DNA of 64,000 nt from contig CAVYJM010000011.1 of the NCBI GenBank assembly GCA_963768855.1, forward strand, positions 352,001 to 416,000, written 5' to 3'. Within the stretch, counting starts at the first letter, position 1. The number at the start of each line of letters is the position of its first letter. The position numbers were made by a program, and so were the translations under genes. Positions 54,609 to 64,000 of this stretch are shown piece by piece. Source of the stretch: an uncultured Thermoplasmata archaeon. GTDB lineage: Archaea; Thermoplasmatota; Thermoplasmata; RBG-16-68-12. The notes beneath the pieces were generated by a model. That model did not search any database, was not told the DNA's origin, and saw nothing but the letters and a program-made list of their open reading frames with translations.

Positions 54609-54788
54609 TCATGGGCCGCGACGGGGCTTGAAGCTCCAGGCAATCAGGACCGCGCCGGCGGCTGCGTAGACCAACCCGAACCCAATCAGGGCGCCCGCAG
54701 CTTGGTCTCGCCCGTATTCGGCGAGGAGGATCCCGGCAGAGATGAACCAGATCCCCAACAGCACGACGGGTGTGCGGACGGTTCGCAT
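54609..54788 (-). CDS. 59-aa 2-TM membrane protein not in ORF track
   Basis: MRTVRTPVVLLGIWFISAGILLAEYGRDQAAGALIGFGLVYAAAGAVLIAWSFKPRRGP; GGAAGGA purine tract upstream. Confidence 0.6.
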   Translation of the reverse strand: MRTVRTPVVLLGIWFISAGILLAEYGRDQAAGALIGFGLVYAAAGAVLIAWSFKPRRGP

Positions 54789-54844
54789 GTTCCTTCCCTG
54801 CCCCGCCTCGCTGCCCTACGATCCCATCTCAGTTGGCCGGACCG

Positions 54845-55267
54845 CTAAGGCTGCTGGCTCTCCAGCTTCTGGATGCCCTCATCGATGAATTCGAGGATGG
54901 CGTTCAAGTCCGCGAGGTGTTGATCGACTCGGCGTAGCCCCTCTTCTGATTTCTCGTGGCTTGGCTGTCCTGCGTGGCCAGCGCGAGTCATTTCCCGGTG
55001 GTCCTCCGAGAGAACTTCCCTCCGACTGATCGTGTCTTGCCGGAGTTCAAGCAACCCCTTGAGCCGGACCGCCAGCGGGGCGTCCCGGTACTCTTCGACT
55101 TGGTAGGTCAGCCGTGCGGCGTGAAATAGAATCGGGAAACCGAAAACCCCCTCATCCTCAAGCTGCCTCAACAGCTGCTGTCGCCGCTCATTCGACATTC
55201 CGCCGTATCCGGCGAGCATCTCCCCGAATCGCGACATGCTATCCGACAGAAACGGGAGCAGAGCCAC
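54845..55267 (-). CDS. Hypothetical helical protein (lower GC)
   Basis: 140-aa ORF, coiled-coil-like; no family recognised. Confidence 0.55.
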   Translation of the reverse strand: MALLPFLSDSMSRFGEMLAGYGGMSNERRQQLLRQLEDEGVFGFPILFHAARLTYQVEEYRDAPLAVRLKGLLELRQDTISRREVLSEDHREMTRAGHAGQPSHEKSEEGLRRVDQHLADLNAILEFIDEGIQKLESQQP

Positions 55268-55444
55268 TTAAGGGTTCGGAAACGATGATCTCATGTCCGG
55301 CAGGGTTCAAGTCTGTCTGGACCCACGCCATGGATGGGATAGTGCCCGCCCGCCGCGGACACATCCGCCTCGCGTCTGCCTTCTTATGTTCGGATTACGT
55401 CGTCGTAGCCCTCGTTCCCCGCCAACGCCCGCCCCTTACAGCTG

Positions 55445-56260
55445 TCAATTCAATTCGTAACGAGCAATCCACATGATCTTACCAAACCTTGGGAGCTTGA
55501 GCAGAAGCCGATACCAGCCCCATTTCTTCTCTTTTGTCTTCAGATAGTAGGATTCGCTAAGCAGCCTGATGCCGGAGTGCCAGTGCTCTGGGGCATGGCT
55601 ATCTTCCATCCCCCAATTGAAGATCGCCTCCTTTCCCAAGTGAAATCGTCGCTCGAACTTCCTCCGTCCAAGCTTGCCTCTTGCGATTTTCGTTCCCCAG
55701 GCGCTGCAAGTCTCGAATGCGAGTTCCGCGCCGGAGAACCTCTCTTGAATCTTCAACACGACCGATTTGACCTCGTCTTCATGGAGGTACATGAACAGAC
55801 CCTCGGCCAAGAATAGGAACGGCTTCCCACGGTGCACCTCGGAGAGCTTCGTCATCCAGCTAGAATCGAGTACCGAGGATGAAATTGAATGGTAGCGATC
55901 GGTCTCCTCAAAGAAGCGCTTTCTCATCGCGATAACCCCCGGGAAATCGAGGTCGTACCAGTTGCACCTACCGTTGTCCATTCTGGTGAAGCGAGTATCC
56001 AGGCCGCATCCCAGATTCACAATGACGCCATCGGGTGCACGTGATAGGAAGGCACCTACGAGTTCATCGAAAACCTTCGTACGAACCGCAATCATCACCT
56101 GCAGTTGCCTTCGCTGGAAGGGAGCCTGCACATTGAGTTGTCTAAAGATCTCGACTGCTTTGGGATCTCGTATGATCGGCTTCTCGGACTCGGTTTCCAG
56201 CGCTCGACAGTAGAGAGGGATGAACAGCGTCTCTGCAACATCTGGGAGTTCTTTCACCAT
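55445..56260 (-). CDS. Class I SAM-dependent methyltransferase (LCM/TcmP-like)
   Basis: ETLFIPLY, VNLGCGLDTR, WYDLDFP, AEGLFMYL; GGTGAGG SD. Confidence 0.9.
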   Translation of the reverse strand: MVKELPDVAETLFIPLYCRALETESEKPIIRDPKAVEIFRQLNVQAPFQRRQLQVMIAVRTKVFDELVGAFLSRAPDGVIVNLGCGLDTRFTRMDNGRCNWYDLDFPGVIAMRKRFFEETDRYHSISSSVLDSSWMTKLSEVHRGKPFLFLAEGLFMYLHEDEVKSVVLKIQERFSGAELAFETCSAWGTKIARGKLGRRKFERRFHLGKEAIFNWGMEDSHAPEHWHSGIRLLSESYYLKTKEKKWGWYRLLLKLPRFGKIMWIARYELN

Positions 56261-56649
56261 TTCCTCACCCCCTCTTCGAGCCCCACCGCGCCGTCGATAT
56301 GGGGTCTTGTGTTCTTGTTCGGTTTCGCGGCGGAGAACGACCTCACGCAGCCAGACTGGTGACCCGGGAGCTGGGCATAGGTCGTCGGCGAATCGCTCTC
56401 GTCCCCTATCAAGGATCGCCCCTACCTGGGGTGCCATTCCTCACAACAAACATCCGGGAGGGTTCGAACCCGATGAGATTCGAAGCATCCCGTGCCGCCA
56501 CGGTACTCCCTCATCGCAGAGGATGTCACCTCGGTGATTGTCCGCGGGCCTTCGGTGGCCGATCTGGGAGGAGTGGCGGGCCTGCGAGACCCGCGCGATT
56601 CCGTCAACGTTATCCCCCGCCGCGGTGGTGAGTGCTCGAGGGAGATTCC

Positions 56650-57111
56650 GTGGCCGTCGATTTTGCCATGAAGCGTGCGCCGAAGTACCGAGTGGCATCC
56701 GTCCGCTTCGTCGGACCGTACCAGGAAAAGCGCATCCGGTCCGAGTGGGAGGGAATCGCGAGCTGGGCGGAGGCCAAAGGCCTGAAGACGGGCCGGTGGT
56801 TCTTCTCCGAGGACGGCGAAGGCCCACGATACAAATTCGAGGTCGCGATCGAGGTGCGAGGTCCGGCGAAGTCGGATCGCAAGGTGCGCCTCCGGACGTT
56901 CCCCGCGTCGCCCATCGCGACCGTGACGTTCAATCCGGACCAGGTCGAGCCGCGGGTCATCTACCACGGACTCAATGACTGGCTCCGCTCGCGGAAGAAG
57001 GACAAGACGATCAAGCGGGCGCGGACGTGGCGCGAGGTCTACACGGGCAACCCGTGGAAGGACGCGAAGGCGTGGTCGAAGACGGAGATCCAGGTCCTCG
57101 TCTCGAAGTGA
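56650..57111 (+). CDS. GyrI-like small-molecule-binding domain protein
   Basis: VASVRFVGPY, W..I..W, EVAIEV, YHGLNDWL, REVY, TEIQVLV. Confidence 0.75.
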   Translation: MAVDFAMKRAPKYRVASVRFVGPYQEKRIRSEWEGIASWAEAKGLKTGRWFFSEDGEGPRYKFEVAIEVRGPAKSDRKVRLRTFPASPIATVTFNPDQVEPRVIYHGLNDWLRSRKKDKTIKRARTWREVYTGNPWKDAKAWSKTEIQVLVSK

Positions 57112-57387
57112 TCCCGGTCCCGACAGGATCAGGCTCGCGTGACTTCGACGCGCGAGCGTCCTGAAGACGGTTCCCTCAACGCGCGTCCCCGGGGTCGTCC
57201 TCGGGGCGACAGAACCCTAGACGCCCCGATCCCGAGCGAGAACCGGGAGAAGATGGCGTGTCCTTTCGTTGATGCGGATCTCTGGATTGAGTCGCGTCCG
57301 GCATTGCCTCGCTCCCGGCGTCCGTCGCTATCAATGTTGAAAAGAGGGGGGCGAAGTATATCCGGAGCAGGAGGAGGTACGTCGCCG

Positions 57388-58080
57388 ATGGCGACGGCGC
57401 GTCGGGTCCGACCTCGTACCCTGTCTCTCGTCTTCGGGGCCTACGTCGTGGTCGTCTTCGGGGTCACCTTCTTCGTTTCCACCCCGCTCTCCATCTACGT
57501 CGACCCGGGCGCGACCCGCTGGATCTGCGCCGCCTACGTGCTCCTGGGAGCGCTCGTCTTGGTGGCTGTGTGCGTAGGGGCCTTCGCACGCTCCGCGCGT
57601 CTCGACGCGCGCCTCGCGGAGCTCGAGGACGCGCAACGCGAAGCCCCGGCGGCCGCCCCGGCGGGCGTCCCGGCGTCGCCCCTCGAGGAGGCCGCGCTCC
57701 CGGCCGAACCGTCAGACCAGGACGTCGACCAACTCCTCGAGGAACTCCACCACATCGGCGAGGCCGCGGCGGAAGCGGGGCCCGGCGAGGAGCCCGAGGC
57801 ACCGTCGGGGCAGATGGCCGAGGCGACCGCCGGCCTGCGAGAGGCCCGCAGCCGCGAGTTCCGGCGGCTGACGAGGATCCGCGACGCCGTCGCCGCCACC
57901 GCGGCGGGGCCTGCGATCGCAAGCGCCGGGCTCCTCGGGGTGTTCGCCACCCTCCTGCCTGCGTCGAATGGGATGCTCCTCGGGAATCTGCAGCTCAACG
58001 CGTTCCTGGGGCTCGCGGGACTCGGATGGCTTGTGGGACTCCCCATCTACGCGGGCGTGAGCTTCCATCGGCTGTCCTAG
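57388..58080 (+). CDS. 4-TM membrane protein with acidic loop; paralog of 33327..34055
   Basis: AGGAGGAGG SD; same TM layout; AAGP...LLP...QLN. Confidence 0.75.
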   Translation: MATARRVRPRTLSLVFGAYVVVVFGVTFFVSTPLSIYVDPGATRWICAAYVLLGALVLVAVCVGAFARSARLDARLAELEDAQREAPAAAPAGVPASPLEEAALPAEPSDQDVDQLLEELHHIGEAAAEAGPGEEPEAPSGQMAEATAGLREARSREFRRLTRIRDAVAATAAGPAIASAGLLGVFATLLPASNGMLLGNLQLNAFLGLAGLGWLVGLPIYAGVSFHRLS

Positions 58081-58153
58081 GCCGGTGTCGTGGAAGGCGG
58101 ACCGGGGCGTGCGCGTCGAGTCCCCTTGGGACGGCCCGAATCGGGATCCGCTG

Positions 58154-58606
58154 TCAGCCGCCCTCGACCGCGAGGCCGTGGCTTCGCTCGAAACCCGTGA
58201 TGCGCGGCACGAGGACCCATTCGCGCAGGAACGGGAGGAGCCTCGGAGACGGTCGCGCGGCGATGGGCGTTCGGACGTTCCCGCGGTCGTCCACGGCGAG
58301 GAGGCCGACCCCTTCCGCCTCGAACCGCCACCGCTGCCGGTACGCGGACGAGGCCGCGGCGAGGGGCATCGCGACCCAGGCCCACTCCGCGGCCACCTGG
58401 TAGGCGATTGCCTGCCGCAGCGCGCCCGACCAGTCGCGCATCTTCATCTCGACCGCCGCGAGCCCATCGGGCCGCACCCCGAGCACGTCGGCCCGGCGGG
58501 CGAGGATCGGGACCTCCGTGCGGACCTCGAATCCCGCCTCCTCGAGCCACCGCGAGACCGGGTCCAGGAGTTCGGCTTCGACGCGGAAGGCCACGGACCG
58601 GGGCAT
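58154..58606 (-). CDS. PD-(D/E)xK nuclease-like protein
   Basis: E(AELL)...EV...RADV...AVEMK...QAIAY. Confidence 0.7.
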   Translation of the reverse strand: MPRSVAFRVEAELLDPVSRWLEEAGFEVRTEVPILARRADVLGVRPDGLAAVEMKMRDWSGALRQAIAYQVAAEWAWVAMPLAAASSAYRQRWRFEAEGVGLLAVDDRGNVRTPIAARPSPRLLPFLREWVLVPRITGFERSHGLAVEGG

Positions 58607-58971
58607 GAGCGTCCGGCAGAAGAAGCTGTCCGTGGGTGGGGCGAACGCTCGAAGGGCGTCCGGGAGAAAGAGGCTTCCGCGCCCGCGAGTCCGTGCCGCT
58701 TGGCGAACCGCCGCAGGCGAGGTCGCGGGTAGCGTGCTCCTGTCGAGGTAGGCGATCCCCCCGCTCCTCCGCCGTCGGCGTGCTTCCCAGGCATCCACCA
58801 CGAACGTGCGGGGGCTCGACCCTTTCACGAGGGACTTCGAGGCGAGCCTCGCACCCACGCCCGCCCGCTCGGGGGATTTCCACCTTCGCACCCCTCCCCC
58901 GGACGTGGTGTTCCCTTTCTTCGCCCTTGCCCAAAAGACTAAGTATGGCGGGTTCACTAAGTGAATCGGAT

Positions 58972-59208
58972 ATGCTTAGCAAGAGCAAAGTCTCAAAGGG
59001 CTACCTCACCGTGGTCCCGAAAGAAGTGCGCAAGGCCTCGCAGGTACAGGAAGGGGATATCCTCGAATGGTCGCTGGAGGGCGACAAGATCGTCGTCCGT
59101 CCTCGCCGGCGGCGGACCCTCGACGACATCACCGGTCTCATCGCCCACGGCGGGGACGCGGTGTCCTCGAAGCGGACGGCCCAGAGGGGAGAACCTGATC
59201 CTCGCTGA
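58972..59208 (+). CDS. AbrB/MazE-type antitoxin
   Basis: SKVSKGYLTVVPKEVRK....EGD.LEW. Confidence 0.85.
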   Translation: MLSKSKVSKGYLTVVPKEVRKASQVQEGDILEWSLEGDKIVVRPRRRRTLDDITGLIAHGGDAVSSKRTAQRGEPDPR

Positions 59209-59581
59209 TTCCTCGTACTTCGTGGCCCTGGCGGATGAGCGGGACCGGTGGCATCGGGACGCCCTCCGCGTCCGGGAGGAGGCGGGTCAGGAGTACCTGG
59301 TCCACGATCTCGTCGTCGCGGAGGCCGTGACGATCGTGGGCTCCCGGCAGGGCTGCAAGCCCGCTCGGACGCTCTACGAGTACTTCACGGACGCCTGCGA
59401 GGTCGTCTTCGCGGACCGCGGCATCCTCGAGGACGCGATGGCCCTCCACCTCCGCTACGACGGATCCCTCTCTGTCGCGGACTGCGTGAGCCTCGCCCTC
59501 ATGGAGCGGCGGGGGATCCGCACGATCGTCTCCTTCGACCGGGACTTCGACAAGGTCCGCGGCCTGCGGCGAATCCACTGA
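59195..59581 (+). CDS. vapC: PIN-domain (VapC) toxin, apparent CTG start
   Basis: ILADSSYFVAL, VVAEAV, SVADC.S, IVSFDRDF; overlaps antitoxin stop. Confidence 0.88.
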   Translation: MILADSSYFVALADERDRWHRDALRVREEAGQEYLVHDLVVAEAVTIVGSRQGCKPARTLYEYFTDACEVVFADRGILEDAMALHLRYDGSLSVADCVSLALMERRGIRTIVSFDRDFDKVRGLRRIH

Positions 59582-59614
59582 CGGCTCGATCCTCGTTGTT
59601 CCCGTCCTCGCGGA

Positions 59615-60223
59615 TCAGTCCAAGTCCTCGTCGCGCAGGACGTTGCAGTAGCCCGACACGAACCGGCTGATCTCCCCCGACACGGGGTCGTAGCTGTGCC
59701 GCTCCGTGGTCCCGATGTCCCGTCCGTAGACGTGGATGCTGTGGGACGGCCTCGCGGAGACGTTGTCGATCCGGTGGATCCCCGCCCGGCCGAGGGTGGT
59801 GACGTGCCCCTTCGCGCTGATCCGCTCGCTCGCGAGCACCAGGGTCGCCCTCTTCGGATCCGATCCGTCGTCCGTCCTCCGATAGATGGATTCCCGCTCC
59901 TCTCCTTCTTACACCCCGACGACCGCCCAGGTCAGATGGTCATGGATTGGAGTGGTCTGTCCCGGGGCCCAGTTCCCACCCGTGACGGAGAAGATCGCGT
60001 CCTTCGGTCGGTAGAGGAGGTTGTTCGCGAACCGATCCTTCCGGGGTGCGAAGGCCTCCGAGGGGACCGATCCCGGGGTGCGAAGGAGCCGCTCCATTCG
60101 AGGTTGGAGACTCCGGAGCAACTCGGACTCGGAGGGGGAGGACCGGACGATCGCCTCGGCCTCCTCGGTGAAGCGCAGGAGCGAATATCCGTCCGAGCCG
60201 GTGGTCATGGGTCCGGACGACAT
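59615..60223 (-). pseudogene. Cysteine-dioxygenase-like cupin with in-frame TAA at 59909-59911
   Basis: TPIHDHLTWAVVGV-TAA-EGEERESIY...IHRIDN...SIHVYG in one frame. Confidence 0.8.
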
Positions 60224-60332
60224 GGCGAAGATGAGCAAGGTCTTTTCGGTCCTCCGAAAACGCTCGGGTGTCTTTGTCAAGCCATGGGAGCTCGGGTCCT
60301 GCGATCTCCCGCCGGCCGCGTACCGCCCCGGC

Positions 60333-61613
60333 CTAGCGCTCGAGCTCCTTCGGTTCGTGGATCCGCAGGAGGACGAGGAAGGAGAGGACGAAGGGCGGCA
60401 CGGCCGCCAGGAAGGGAAGGACGGGCGCGATCGTGTACAGGTAGCCGCCGAGGATCCCGGCGGGGATCGACGCGAGCAGGGGGAAGGCGCTGAAGATCGC
60501 CATGATCCGGCCTCGGATGATGCGCGGGACGATGTCCGCCTGGAGGGAGCTGAGGGGCGGTCCGAGGAGGGCGGTGCCCGTCCCGCTCACGACGCTCCAG
60601 GCGACGAGCTCGTCCACGTTCCTCGCGAGGGTGAAGAAGAACTGGTTCAGGGGCACGGAGAGGGAGGCGAGCACGACGGCGCGCTTGAGTCCTGCGTGTT
60701 CGGCGAGGGACGCGGCCGGGAAGAGGAGGAGGATGACCGCGATGGAGGTCATGCCGACGAGGAAGCCGAACGCCACGGGCGAGACGTGGACGTCCTGCAC
60801 GAGGTAGAGGATCGAGAAGGAGGACGTCAGGCCGACCCCAAAGGCGCTGAGGACGGCGTAGTCCAGGAGGAGGTGCACCTCCCGCCCGGACTCGCGGAGG
60901 GCGGCGCGGCTCTCCCGCAGCAGGGAGCGTGCGAACTGCCCGAACGAGACGCGCACCCGGATTACGTGGGTCTCCTCGAGCTGGAGGGCGCGCCACGTGA
61001 TCCCGACGATCCCGAAGGCCCCGCTCAGGAAGAACGCGATCCGCAGGCCCGGGACGTCGCCGAGGGAGGCGATCAGGACGCCTCCGAGGTACGGGCCGAA
61101 GACGGAGGGGATCGAGCTGATCACGGAGAAGGAGGCGATCCCGCGCGGGCGCAGGCTCGGCTCGAGGGACTCGGAGAGGGCTGTGCTGAAGAGCGGGCCG
61201 TAGATGCCCGCGACGGACCCGACGACGATGGGGACGAAGAGCCACGAGGCGTCCGGAAGGGCCGCGAGGATGAAGCCGTTCGCCACGCTCAGGAAGCTGA
61301 AGACGACGATTGTCCGCTTGCGGCCCCAGACGTCGCCGACGTAGCCTCCGACGATCTGCACGACGGCGATGATCGCGGACGACAGGGCGGCGAGGTAGCC
61401 GATGAAGACGACGGACGCGCCGAGGTCGTAGAAGTAGAGGCTCTGGAACGGGGTGCTCATCGCGCCGCCGATGGACCAGACCGTCGCGGTCGCCGTGAGG
61501 ATCCACGCGTTGCGCGGGAGGTAGAAGGCTCCCCGGAGGCGCGCCCAAGGATGCCCGCGCCGCGCGGCCGCGGCGGCATCCTCGGGACGGGTGACGATGC
61601 CTCCGTTCCTCAT
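60333..61613 (-). CDS. MFS transporter
   Basis: GYVGDVWGRK motif A, 12 TM, DIVPRIIRGR. Confidence 0.9.
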   Translation of the reverse strand: MRNGGIVTRPEDAAAAARRGHPWARLRGAFYLPRNAWILTATATVWSIGGAMSTPFQSLYFYDLGASVVFIGYLAALSSAIIAVVQIVGGYVGDVWGRKRTIVVFSFLSVANGFILAALPDASWLFVPIVVGSVAGIYGPLFSTALSESLEPSLRPRGIASFSVISSIPSVFGPYLGGVLIASLGDVPGLRIAFFLSGAFGIVGITWRALQLEETHVIRVRVSFGQFARSLLRESRAALRESGREVHLLLDYAVLSAFGVGLTSSFSILYLVQDVHVSPVAFGFLVGMTSIAVILLLFPAASLAEHAGLKRAVVLASLSVPLNQFFFTLARNVDELVAWSVVSGTGTALLGPPLSSLQADIVPRIIRGRIMAIFSAFPLLASIPAGILGGYLYTIAPVLPFLAAVPPFVLSFLVLLRIHEPKELER

Positions 61614-61734
61614 CCGGGATCCTCCGGCCGCGCGCCGACCGTTCGTGCGACGCGGCCTATTCAAAGGTGTCGTCCTTATTCACCGGAACCGGAATGGGGC
61701 GGATCTCCGGTCGCGTCGTCTCGATTGGCGCGGA

Positions 61735-62205
61735 CTAGGCCGGCGGGGGAGGAGCCGGTTCGGGCTCGGCTAGCGATTCCGTGCTCGGGCTCGGCGGTGG
61801 CGGGATTTCCAGCGGCGCGGGCTCGGCCTTCATGGGTTCGGGTTTCGGTGAGTGGGCTTCGACCCAGGTGCGGGTCGATGCGATTCCAACGCCCAGTCCG
61901 GAACGGAATCCCGAACGGTGCCCGGCGCAGTACGTCAGGTAGGCGAGGGTCGCCGCGAATCCCCCGAATCCGATGAACGGTTTGAGGACGTCCGGCGGCC
62001 AGGGTTGCCAGAGCGGGCGGAACAGGTCGATGTAGATCCCGGCCCGGGCGAGCGTGGTCAGGACGCCCATGAGGACGAGCGGGAGTCCGAACACGAGGAG
62101 GAGGACCCAAGCGCCTCGCAGGGGGCGTTCATTCGGAGGTTTCCGGGGGCGTCGATGGTCGAAGGAGATGGGGTGCCGAGCCACCGGATGCTTGGGGGCG
62201 GCCAT
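61735..62205 (-). CDS. Small 2-TM membrane protein with Pro-rich tail
   Basis: Two hydrophobic helices; upstream in-frame extension looks non-coding. Confidence 0.55.
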   Translation of the reverse strand: MAAPKHPVARHPISFDHRRPRKPPNERPLRGAWVLLLVFGLPLVLMGVLTTLARAGIYIDLFRPLWQPWPPDVLKPFIGFGGFAATLAYLTYCAGHRSGFRSGLGVGIASTRTWVEAHSPKPEPMKAEPAPLEIPPPPSPSTESLAEPEPAPPPPA

Positions 62206-62682
62206 GCTGGCGGCGGACCGGGTCGAGGGTGGGATAAAGCCCGCGGCGACGCTATCAGCGACGATAACCTCCTTTCGCAGGCTACTGGGGGAGGGGACGG
62301 CGTTCCTCGAGGAGATTGGGTCCGAGGTGCACGAAGGGAGGGTCGAGCTGACGAGAGCGGACCGAGGGGCGCTGGCGGACCATCCGAACTGCTCCGACCT
62401 GATTGTCCAAGGAGGGGACAAGAGGCGCGCCATCGGCAACCCATGGCCACTTCGAGGAATGTGGGACCGGGCGGGGGACAGCCTGAATGCCCCAGGCCGA
62501 TGCCTATGACCCTCTGCCCGCCCATACGGGGTCGGGGAGGGAATCATCCGCGATCTACGCTGCCACTGTGGCCATGGGTTCGACCAGCACCTGGACAACG
62601 ATGAGTGTCATGAGGCGGATTGCTCCTGCCTCCACTTCGTAATTGACTGGGCCGTCGAGGACGAGATTTACGCTTAGGGCGT

Positions 62683-62716
62683 AGAAAGGGGAAGAGGCCC
62701 GCCCGTTCGGACGGGC
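62683..62716 (-). terminator. Hairpin plus pyrimidine tract after the C39 gene
   Basis: GCCCGT-tcgg-ACGGGC; minus strand continues into TCTTCCCCTTTCT. Confidence 0.45.
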
Positions 62717-62726
62717 CTTCTGCGAT

Positions 62727-63905
62727 TCAGGCTCCAATCGTGATGCTGGCCGATCGGGTGCCCCCGATTCGATCCGTGTAGCTGTAGGCGGGATAGTCCG
62801 GCCACCAGGGGCCGAGCGAGCCCGATACGAGGCCGGTGGCGGTTACCGCGAAGGAGGAGGGGCCCGGGGCGCTTCCGGCCTGCACTTCCCAGCTCACGGT
62901 CACCGCCTGGCCTGCGGCCAGGGTCCCCTTCGTGGTTGCGATGGGGCTCCCCAGGAGGACCAGACCCGTCCCGACTCCCAGGCGGATCTGGACCCCGGAG
63001 GCGGGGAACGTCGGGAAGTTCGTGGAGCCGAAGGGCGCGAGCACGGGGTACGTGACCGTGGCCGTGACGGTGAAGGCCTTCCCCGGAGCGACCGTGGCCG
63101 GGGCGCTCATCCGCACGTTCCACGGAGTCACGAGCACGGCTCCGTACGCCAGGCCGGGGACTCCCCAAATCGTGGTGGGCGCCCGCCACGTGGTCAGGAA
63201 GTCCGCGTAGGTCATGTTGAACGTGCCGAAGTCCGTGTCCCAGGCGCTCGAGTTGGCGAACCCGGACGTCGAACCCTGGTAGTTCATGTCGTTCTTGAAC
63301 TGTCGGGACCATGGGTCGAGCATCATGAGGACCCCCTTCGTGTCGTCATAACCGACGACGACCCGATAGTGGAAGGCGAGATCCCCCTGGGCCGTCCCGG
63401 GCAACCAGTAGACGAGCACGATCACGGGCCACCCCTGGGCCAGGATCGCCTTGAGCTGGCCGAGCCAGGGCGCCGTCGAGGCGTAGTAGAAGCCCGCGTA
63501 CCCCAGGGATCGCTCCTGGAAGCCCGTCGTGATCCCTTTCGTGAATCGATCGCCGGCCGTCGTGCTGAGGTTGCTGAACTGGGCCGCCCGCGCCATGTCC
63601 GGGAGGGAGGTCCCCCGCGTCCGGGCCGCGTCGTAGATTTCCATTTGATCAATGATGGGGCCGTAGTGGGCGAACACCATCTGCAACGAGGCCGCCCCGC
63701 ATCCCGAGGCGTCGATCTGCTGGAAGAGCGGAATTCCCTGAATCCTGGTGCTCGGCGGGATTGCCTGAGATGCCGCCACCGTGGGAAGGAGCAAGATCAG
63801 CCCAACGACGACGGATAGACACGCACCCGTGTGCCTCCACAATCTGCGATTGTCATACGTCAGGTCCTTTGCCTCCGTTCCGACAAAACCCCTCAACCGA
63901 GGCAT
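62727..63905 (-). CDS. Secreted C39-like cysteine peptidase with C-terminal Ig-like domain
   Basis: Signal/TM, QQIDASGCGAASLQMV (Q,C), HYRVVVGYD (H), LDPW. Confidence 0.85.
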   Translation of the reverse strand: MPRLRGFVGTEAKDLTYDNRRLWRHTGACLSVVVGLILLLPTVAASQAIPPSTRIQGIPLFQQIDASGCGAASLQMVFAHYGPIIDQMEIYDAARTRGTSLPDMARAAQFSNLSTTAGDRFTKGITTGFQERSLGYAGFYYASTAPWLGQLKAILAQGWPVIVLVYWLPGTAQGDLAFHYRVVVGYDDTKGVLMMLDPWSRQFKNDMNYQGSTSGFANSSAWDTDFGTFNMTYADFLTTWRAPTTIWGVPGLAYGAVLVTPWNVRMSAPATVAPGKAFTVTATVTYPVLAPFGSTNFPTFPASGVQIRLGVGTGLVLLGSPIATTKGTLAAGQAVTVSWEVQAGSAPGPSSFAVTATGLVSGSLGPWWPDYPAYSYTDRIGGTRSASITIGA

Positions 63906-64000
63906 CCCGCAGGGACGGCTTCACCCTTCTGTACGTACTCTGCGCTTGGACACGCGGGCGGGGGCACCCGCGGCCGCTCGCGCTCTCGAGCCAGTGGATC

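Larger units (their letters stand above)
54439..56469. repeat. 10-bp direct repeat GGGTTCGAAC (54439-48 and 56460-69) flanking a lower-GC segment
   Basis: Both copies read directly; enclosed lines counted at 45-55% GC versus mostly higher values in flanking genes. Confidence 0.4.

Noticed and set aside
56455-56475. Second tRNA gene around GGGTTCGAACCC
   Set aside because: No acceptor, D or anticodon stems can be built around it
57229-57238. ATCCCGAGCG match to the tRNA-Gly 3' end as an attR site
   Set aside because: Only 10 GC-rich bases, diverges immediately, no integrase, and essential genes lie between
59909-59911. Programmed recoding of the in-frame stop in the cupin
   Set aside because: TAA is not a Sec/Pyl codon and the position corresponds to Tyr
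62206-62737. Short ORFs between the 61735 gene and the C39 peptidase
   Set aside because: Overlapping candidates on both strands, no motifs or clear SD, one overlaps a terminator

Overview
64 kb of a high-GC archaeal chromosome. Archaeal markers are an RFC small subunit, an ATP-dependent DNA ligase, an archaeal type IV pilin, KaiC/DUF835 proteins and TATA-type promoters. The gene mix suggests a Thermoplasmatota lineage (inference). Housekeeping genes (thiL, tRNA-Gly, rfcS, ncsA/ttuA, purA, lig, purB, serS, gmd) are interleaved with signalling, cell-surface and accessory genes. Highlights: (1) A 17.4-25.7 kb cluster has three 7TM sensor proteins (one fused to tandem DUF835 behind a KaiC-like ATPase, two fused to a longin-like domain). 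They flank a ribbon-helix-helix regulator and a divergent cis-prenyltransferase-fold enzyme whose motifs recall the mycobacterial Rv3378c, and two atypical geranylgeranyl-reductase-like flavoproteins follow. This is a candidate isoprenoid signal synthesis-and-sensing system. (2) A third copy of the longin-like domain is fused to a CheY-like receiver. (3) An AmmeMemoRadiSam radical SAM gene carries two inteins three residues apart inside its CxxxCxxC motif. (4) A GNAT / proline-dehydrogenase-like / Fn3 fusion ORF. (5) A ~1500-aa surface protein has seven Ig-like repeats and two CnaB-like domains with isopeptide-type residues. Several accessory genes carry single frameshifts or a nonsense codon (pseudogenes or assembly errors). 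No CRISPR array, rRNA, integrase or transposase was seen. All family assignments come from reading motifs by eye; no database searches were run.
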